Shown here piece after piece: positions 57,061 through 64,000 of a stretch of DNA of 64,000 nt (position 1 is its first letter; every line of letters starts with the position of its first letter). The translations under genes were made by a program, and so were the position numbers. This DNA is from Flectonema sp. DT1601 (Eukaryota): contig OZ025798.1 of the NCBI GenBank assembly GCA_964019425.1, forward strand, positions 1,302,001-1,366,000, written 5' to 3'. Below the pieces are notes generated by a model. That model did not search any database, was not told the DNA's origin, and saw only the letters and a program-made list of their open reading frames with translations.

Positions 57061-58224
57061 ATGTTTGCCATCATCGGATTTGTGGGAGTATTCTGGTGGA
57101 CGGTGTTCTGCTTTGGATGCGGTCTGCCTGACTTGCCTCCAGTTGGATTGATGCTGGGAATGTTCGAAGAGCCCGCCGAAGTTGTTGCGACAACGACGAC
57201 GACGACGAACACCACCACCACCACCACTATTATCGACAAGTGGTGTTGTATTATCGACAACAACACCTCCACTGACGCCAACTCCAGCTCCAGCGACAAC
57301 GCCAACGCCAACGCCAACGCCAAAGCCAACGCCAACGTCAACGGCAACACCAACGTCAACGAGTCTGCGTGTCATGCTGACGTGCCGCACTCTGTTGGTA
57401 AAAGTATTCCGCACCGTGTGGGTGACACGATGAGGAGGGCGTTTGGTTCCGCGAGCAGAGTGGCCGTCGAAGAGCTGATGAGGAGCAGCCAATGCTCCGA
57501 TCACAGTGCCACCGATAGACTCGTGAAGTGCTTCGGGATCCGGTTCGCGATAACCCGGGTGAAGCTTCTCGATGTGGTGCGCACTTGTGAAGCGGAACTC
57601 TCCGACATCACGCACGGTGTCTGGGGTGCGCTTGAGCTCGAGTGTGTCAGGTTTGCTGACCTCGTAATGGCTTGGGTGAATGAAGCAGCCAGTTCAGCGG
57701 CTGACTTCATGTTCTCTGTACTTTCTCTGTTTGATCGGTTTCTCTTGTTTTCGAGAAGCGTTCGCTCCGAACTGGAGGCATGTTTCCTTTCTTTTTTTGC
57801 TGGACCCATTGGTGCTTATCGCTCGGTCGAGGCAGATCTGAAGTCTGCGTCCGAGGTGATTCGCGGGGGGTTCGGGAAAGTGGTTGCATGTACGGAGATT
57901 GCTGACCAGAGTGTTAAGCTGTTTTGCATCAATCACCGGATTGATCAGAGCAAGAAACACTTGGAACGCATCTTCAGGGGATGGAAAGTCGAGGCGGCAG
58001 CCGTAGTCAATAAAGTTGACATTAAGTATTTGTTTGAAGCTGTCGCCGCGCTTTCCGATGCCTGTTCTTTTCTTCTTTGGATTGTTTTGTTGTTGGTATT
58101 GCTCTCCTTTGAAATTGTCAATTTCTTGGGTTTGTTTGCCGGCATGAGTAGCGGAGAAAAAAGGAAGTTTCGGCTTGCGCAGCAGCTGTTTGCGGCTTGT
58201 GTTTTTCATGTTTGTTGTCGTTAA
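57061..58224 (+). CDS. Orphan predicted membrane protein, array copy 5
   Basis: Translation identical to copy 1. Confidence 0.65.
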   Translation: MFAIIGFVGVFWWTVFCFGCGLPDLPPVGLMLGMFEEPAEVVATTTTTTNTTTTTTIIDKWCCIIDNNTSTDANSSSSDNANANANAKANANVNGNTNVNESACHADVPHSVGKSIPHRVGDTMRRAFGSASRVAVEELMRSSQCSDHSATDRLVKCFGIRFAITRVKLLDVVRTCEAELSDITHGVWGALELECVRFADLVMAWVNEAASSAADFMFSVLSLFDRFLLFSRSVRSELEACFLSFFAGPIGAYRSVEADLKSASEVIRGGFGKVVACTEIADQSVKLFCINHRIDQSKKHLERIFRGWKVEAAAVVNKVDIKYLFEAVAALSDACSFLLWIVLLLVLLSFEIVNFLGLFAGMSSGEKRKFRLAQQLFAACVFHVCCR

Positions 58225-58611
58225 ATGAATTCTGTTGTTGTTTGAAAAAAACAGCAGCCCAACAAAAAAAAAAGCAAAAGCAAAACCAAAACCAAAACCA
58301 AAACCAAAACTAAAAAAAAAAAAAAAATAATAATAATAAGCGACCTTTGTACCAACTTCCCTTTAACCCAATTAATATGTGCGTATAATTATTCAAAAAA
58401 AAAAAAAAAGAAACAAAAACGATCGACTCCAACAAAAAAAAAAAAAAAAAAAATTCAAAACAAAAAGAATGTACCGCACACTTTTCTTTTTTTTTTTTTT
58501 TTTTTTTCCTCCTTTCATTTTTTTCATCTATCCTCCTCCTTGTTTTCCTTCCTGTTATGAAGAAAAATACCGTATTAAACTTTGAAGACAATTAACTAAC
58601 TCTGCCATGAG

Positions 58612-58650
<39 letters not shown>

Positions 58651-59457
58651 CCATGTTTTTTTTTCGTTTGAAGTTCAAAGAAAAATGGTTCTGTCTTTTT
58701 TTTTTTTAGTTGTTTTCTAGTTTTTAGATGCCGCTTCTTCATTTCTGACAGCTGCAATTGCATTGCTGCTTTTGTGAATTAAGGTAGGTGAGATGGATTT
58801 CCTTTACACGAACTTCTCTTTTCTTTTTTTTTTTCCCCCGACAAGTAGTAGTAGAAAGTACGGGCCATTCACATCTGGGTTAGTAAGTTGTTGTCGTTGT
58901 CGTTGTTGTTGTTGTTGTTGTCTTGTCGTCGAGCGAGAGAGTACAACTACTCTCTCGGCCGATAGACATTTTCATTTTCATTTTTCTCATAACCAACAAC
59001 AAGAAATTTTCTTTAACAACACGGGGGCGAGATGTGAATGGTCTTTTGGAGAATTGTGTCGGATTTTATTTTATTTTATTTTATTTTTTTTTTTTTTTTT
59101 TTTGCTGGCACACGAAAACTAATAAACGCACTGAAAGAAGGAAAACCGGAACCCGGAAGTTGCAACTCCGATGCTCTGGCTCTTCACTTCGACGAACAAC
59201 AAAAGGCTGAAAAGAGAGAATATTATTATTTTCTTGATTTGCTTTGAGATTGTGGAGTTTTTGTGTCCAATTTTTCATTTCTTCTTTTCAATTTAACAAA
59301 AAATAAAAATAAAAAAACCTTAAAAAATTTAAAAAACAAAAAAGATCCCATCCCTCGGTACCAGTCGCGGAAAAAACGTTTATTTTCTCTTGGCAGTGCA
59401 AGTCTGGAGAGACGACCTGCAAAGGCTCTCTCTCTCTGGCATTCACCCATGAGGAGA

Positions 59458-59808
59458 TTGTATACCTTTCTTTACTTTGTTTTGTATACCTTTCTTAACT
59501 TTGCTTTATATACCTTTCTTTATTTGTTTTGTATACCTTTCTTTATTTGTTTTGTATACCATTCTTTATTTGTTTTGTATACCTTTCTTTATTTGTTTTA
59601 TATACCTTTCTTTATTTGTTTTATATACCTTTCTTTATTTGTTTTGTATACCTTTCTTAACTTTGTTTTATATACCTTTCTTTATTTGCTTTGTATACCT
59701 TTCTTTATTTGTTTTGTATACCTTTCTTAACTTTGTTTTATATACCTTTCTTTATTTGCTTTGTGTACCATTCTTTACTTTGTTTTGGATACCTTTCTTT
59801 ATTTGTTT
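59458..59808. repeat. 23-bp minisatellite, ~15 copies (unit 5)
   Basis: As in unit 1. Confidence 0.95.
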
Positions 59809-60044
59809 CCGCGGGAGGGAAGGCACACGCTGCCGATCCCCCCGCTCCAATGTTGTTCTCGTTGATGTTGTGGATGTGATGGTCCAGTCTGCTGTCTTCC
59901 TTTTTTTTTTTCCCCTTCTCTTTTCTCTCACTCTCTCGCGGTGGCAAGTGCTCTGGTCTTTTGAGAGGCTGGGAAAAAGGAAAACCAGTTTTGCTGATTT
60001 TCACCCTTTTTTTTGTTTTTACTGCGAGAGAGACGGAACGAGAG

Positions 60045-60079
<35 letters not shown>

Positions 60080-62529
60080 ATGCAAAGAAAACAAAACTGA
60101 CCTTTTACGTATTGAGAGAGAGAGAGAGAGAGAGAGGAAAAAAAGAAAAACAATTTCACCCTGGTTTTGTTTGTGCTGCTCCTCGATCATAGGGATACTC
60201 TTGCGGCAGTTGCCGAGTATCCCGTAAAAACTACCACAACAAAAACAACAACAACATTTACCAACTCGATTCTCACTTCCTGTTCCTTGGTGAGTTTTAG
60301 CAAAAGCTGACCAACTCGACTCACGCAGCAGCTGCAGTTCCTCGCCGAGACGGAACCAGCCTCAATGATCCGAGTTGAGCGCCCACTCAGTTGGTCATCG
60401 GAGTGTAGTTATCAGCGGATTTCCTGGTTTCTCGCACAGAGAGCTAGGTTTCCCAACATAGCAACGCTCGTGGCAAAACTTGTCGTGGGAGGCTACTCGG
60501 GATTGGAGGTTGGCAGGTAAATGGGGGGAAGTGAATGAAGAGAGGAGGAGACGCACGAGAGAGAATGGCAATATGTATGCGAGTGAGCCAGCTGCTGCTG
60601 CTGTGATTTGATTGGTATTTTTGCTAAGCAGTGTTTTCTTGCTCTGTGAACTGTTTTTTGATGTTCAGGACGTGTTCATATTACTGAGGAAGGAGCCACC
60701 ATCTGAGATCATGATCATGATGATGATGATAGTAGTGGTGGTGGTGTGCGGTTAAATCTCTAATTTTGGTAAATGAAATTCAATCTTTTGCAGCAATATA
60801 CTTATCGTCTCTCTCTCTCTGACATTTTCGATTTAGAAAAAGTAAAATCCTGTGATCAGTACTGCTTTCATTCGTCACCCATGTGGGTTGTTGTTGTTGT
60901 CTTGTCATTTTTCTTCTTTTTTTTCGTGCCTGCCGTCGTTGTCGTTGTGGTTGTGGTTGTCGTTGTCGTTGTGATGACGGCCTCACGGCAGTTACAAGTC
61001 TTCAGGAGTGGGGGGTTGTGTGTTTCCTTCTTCACGCAGGAGTCACGCCCCCCTGGTGAGAAATAATAATAATAAAACTAACAATGATAATGATAATATT
61101 GTACTTTTGTATAGGTACTGTATTGTAATAACGCGCGATTGTTTTGCAATGTAATCAGTTCACTTTCACATTTCAATTGAATTCCCCAAATGACCTTCCC
61201 GGCGCAACATTTCTTTATTTTCTTTTTTTTAAATAATTTTTATAAACACTTTCTTTTCGTTGATTTCGTACCTTTCTTTTAAAGCCTAGCGAATGGCATT
61301 CCTTCCGTGTGGTGATTCCCCTGAACGCACAAACAAATACGCCTTGCGTGTCGGGGTCGGGGGGGAAAGGTTTTGCCGCTGACTTTTGGCTATTAATTTG
61401 TTGTTTGTTCTGTTCGTTTGTTTGCAATCATTCTTTCTTCTTTTTATTATCAGAAAGGACATGTCACAAGTGATGTGGTGGAGAGGGGAGAGTAAGTTAA
61501 GTGGAAAATGGTACCACTTGCCGTGTGATGGAAGGAGGGATCGTTGAGAGGGCTTTGCGGTGATGGTGACATGAGAGGGTGTTTGCAATTTTGTAACTTT
61601 TGTATATATTTTCATTTTTTTTTAACAGGAGCTGAACTTATGATGAGGTGAGCAGAAGCTTCACTGAACCTCCTCTCGGTGTGTGTGTATGCATGTATGT
61701 GTTGTGTATTGTTTGTTGAAACTCTGACGAGTTCTCATTACTCTTTGTGTGTGTGTGTGTGTTGTGTGTTCATATGTGTAGTTTGAGTGCTCGTGTGTCT
61801 GTGTCAGATGTTTCTGTGAAACTATTTCTTTTGCCTTCCTTGAATTTACTGAACTTGTTCTTCGTGTTGTGATTTGTGGTGAAGTTGTGTTGTGTTTGTG
61901 TTGGAATTAAGTGTCGTGTTGTTTAACTCTGATGAGTTCTTATTGTGGTTTGAGTGCTGGTGATTTTTGCACGTGTTTCGTTTTTGAGTGCCCATTGGTT
62001 TGTGTGTGTCGCGTGTCCCGGGGGGGTGGGCATGTTTGATCTGTGTGGAACTATTTCTTATTGATTGTTAACCATAAATCTGCTTTTTAAGATTTTACAC
62101 CTTTCCTTGATTGAACTGAACTTGCTTCGTGTTGTGATTTGTGGTGAAGTTCGATAAGTGACGTGGGAGTGGAATGCTTTATGTGGTATGTTTTGTTATA
62201 TCAATATTTCCCGCCTTCAGCCGCGCACAAGTCGATAAGTGACGTGGGAATGGAATGATTTATTTGATATGTTTTATGGTTCTTATTGATTTGTGGCTAC
62301 CAATTCTGATAGGTTACCTTCTTTTGTGAGCTTCTTATAATATACCGCGGTGTGCCTTCTCCATGATCCCCAAATGGGCCCTCATTATTCCTCAGGATTC
62401 TCAGTTGGAAATGTACTCTCTTTTGGTGGTAAAAGCAAAGTTCAGATCTCTTGATATTTTATTGCTGGATTGGCATGATGTTACTTCCTTTCCTTCTATC
62501 AGGCTTAAGACAAAACAAAGCACAAAAAA

Positions 62530-63699
62530 ATGTTTGCCATCATCGGATTTGTGGGAGTATTCTGGTGGACGGTGTTCTGCTTTGGATGCGGTCTGCCTGA
62601 CTTGCCTCCAGTTGGATTGATGCTGGGAATGTTCGAAGAGCCCGCCGAAGTTGTTGCGACAACGACGACGACGACGAACACCACCACCACCACCACTATT
62701 ATCGACAAGTGGTGTTGTATTATCGACAACAACACCTCCACTGACGCCAACTCCAGCTCCAGCGACAACGCCAACGCCAACGCCAAAGCCAACGCCAAAG
62801 CCAACGCCAACGTCAACGGCAACACCAACGTCAACGAGTCTGCGTGTCATGCTGACGTGCCGCACTCTGTTGGTAAAAGTATTCCGCACCGTGTGGGTGA
62901 CACGATGAGGAGGGCGTTTGGTTCCGCGAGCAGAGTGGCCGTCGAAGAGCTGATGAGGAGCAGCCAATGCTCCGATCACAGTGCCACCGATAGACTCGTG
63001 AAGTGCTTCGGGATCCGGTTCGCGATAACCCGGGTGAAGCTTCTCGATGTGGTGCGCACTTGTGAAGCGGAACTCTCCGACATCACGCACGGTGTCTGGG
63101 GTGCGCTTGAGCTCGAGTGTGTCAGGTTTGCTGACCTCGTAATGGCTTGGGTGAATGAAGCAGCCAGTTCAGCGGCTGACTTCATGTTCTCTGTACTTTC
63201 TCTGTTTGATCGGTTTCTCTTGTTTTCGAGAAGCGTTCGCTCCGAACTGGAGGCATGTTTCCTTTCTTTTTTTGCTGGACCCATTGGTGCTTATCGCTCG
63301 GTCGAGGCAGATCTGAAGTCTGCGTCCGAGGTGATTCGCGGGGGGTTCGGGAAAGTGGTTGCATGTACGGAGATTGCTGACCAGAGTGTTAAGCTGTTTT
63401 GCATCAATCACCGGATTGATCAGAGCAAGAAACACTTGGAACGCATCTTCAGGGGATGGAAAGTCGAGGCGGCAGCCGTAGTCAATAAAGTTGACATTAA
63501 GTATTTGTTTGAAGCTGTCGCCGCGCTTTCCGATGCCTGTTCTTTTCTTCTTTGGATTGTTTTGTTGTTGGTATTGCTCTCCTTTGAAATTGTCAATTTC
63601 TTGGGTTTGTTTGCCGGCATGAGTAGCGGAGAAAAAAGGAAGTTTCGGCTTGCGCAGCAGCTGTTTGCGGCTTGTGTTTTTCATGTTTGTTGTCGTTAA
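62530..63699 (+). CDS. Orphan predicted membrane protein, array copy 6 (389 aa)
   Basis: As copy 1 but with an in-frame 6-nt expansion in the (Asn-Ala)n tract (NANAKANAK). Confidence 0.65.
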   Translation: MFAIIGFVGVFWWTVFCFGCGLPDLPPVGLMLGMFEEPAEVVATTTTTTNTTTTTTIIDKWCCIIDNNTSTDANSSSSDNANANAKANAKANANVNGNTNVNESACHADVPHSVGKSIPHRVGDTMRRAFGSASRVAVEELMRSSQCSDHSATDRLVKCFGIRFAITRVKLLDVVRTCEAELSDITHGVWGALELECVRFADLVMAWVNEAASSAADFMFSVLSLFDRFLLFSRSVRSELEACFLSFFAGPIGAYRSVEADLKSASEVIRGGFGKVVACTEIADQSVKLFCINHRIDQSKKHLERIFRGWKVEAAAVVNKVDIKYLFEAVAALSDACSFLLWIVLLLVLLSFEIVNFLGLFAGMSSGEKRKFRLAQQLFAACVFHVCCR

Positions 63700-63905
63700 A
63701 TGAATTCTGTTGTTGTTTGAAAAAAACAGCAGCCCAACAAAAAAAAAAGCAAAACCAAAAGCAAAAGCAAAACCAAAACCAAAACTAAAAAAAAAAAAAA
63801 AATAATAATAATAAGCGACCTTTGTACCAACTTCCCTTTAACCCAATTAATATGTGCGTATAATTATTCAAAAAAAAAAAAAGAAACAAAAACGATCGAC
63901 TCCAA

Positions 63906-63940
<35 letters not shown>

Positions 63941-64000
63941 CAAAACAAAAAGAATGTACCGCACACTTTTCTTTTTTTTTTTTTTTTTTTTTCCTCCTCT

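Larger units (their letters stand above)
34001..64000 (+). repeat. Head-to-tail tandem array of a ~5.45 kb unit (periods 5455, 5444, 5440, 5414, 5469), running off the window end; left edge copy is diverged and internally deleted
   Basis: The same ORF set recurs at 35308, 40763, 46207, 51647, 57061 and 62530. The differences I could see are almost all simple-repeat length changes. Confidence 0.99.

Overview
Eukaryotic nuclear DNA, most likely from a euglenozoan (diplonemid-like) protist; the taxon is inferred, not demonstrated. The window has two parts. (1) 1-33.2 kb is a dense cluster of 15 genes, all on the + strand. Recognisable products are a mu-like GST, a NadR/Ttd14-type P-loop protein, a carboxylesterase, a TPT/SLC35E transporter, a receptor adenylate cyclase, DNA polymerase theta, a MAPEG protein, a TPR protein and a FYVE-kinase; the rest are coiled-coil or orphan proteins. 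I resolved 15 frame-restoring cis introns by hand. All are GT(A/T)TG...AACAG with mostly A/C-rich 3' ends, whereas the AG sites before start codons mostly follow pyrimidine tracts (putative trans-splice acceptors). (2) From about 34.0 kb to the window end runs a head-to-tail array of a ~5.45 kb unit: a diverged edge remnant, then six copies of an orphan 387-aa predicted membrane-protein ORF. Each unit also carries mini- and microsatellites, a potentially structured ~160-nt element whose 3' part marks the array edge, and a degenerate hammerhead-like motif inside the ORF. I recognised no rRNA, tRNA, canonical SL RNA, transposase/RT or CRISPR. All homology calls come from motif recognition by eye, not database searches.
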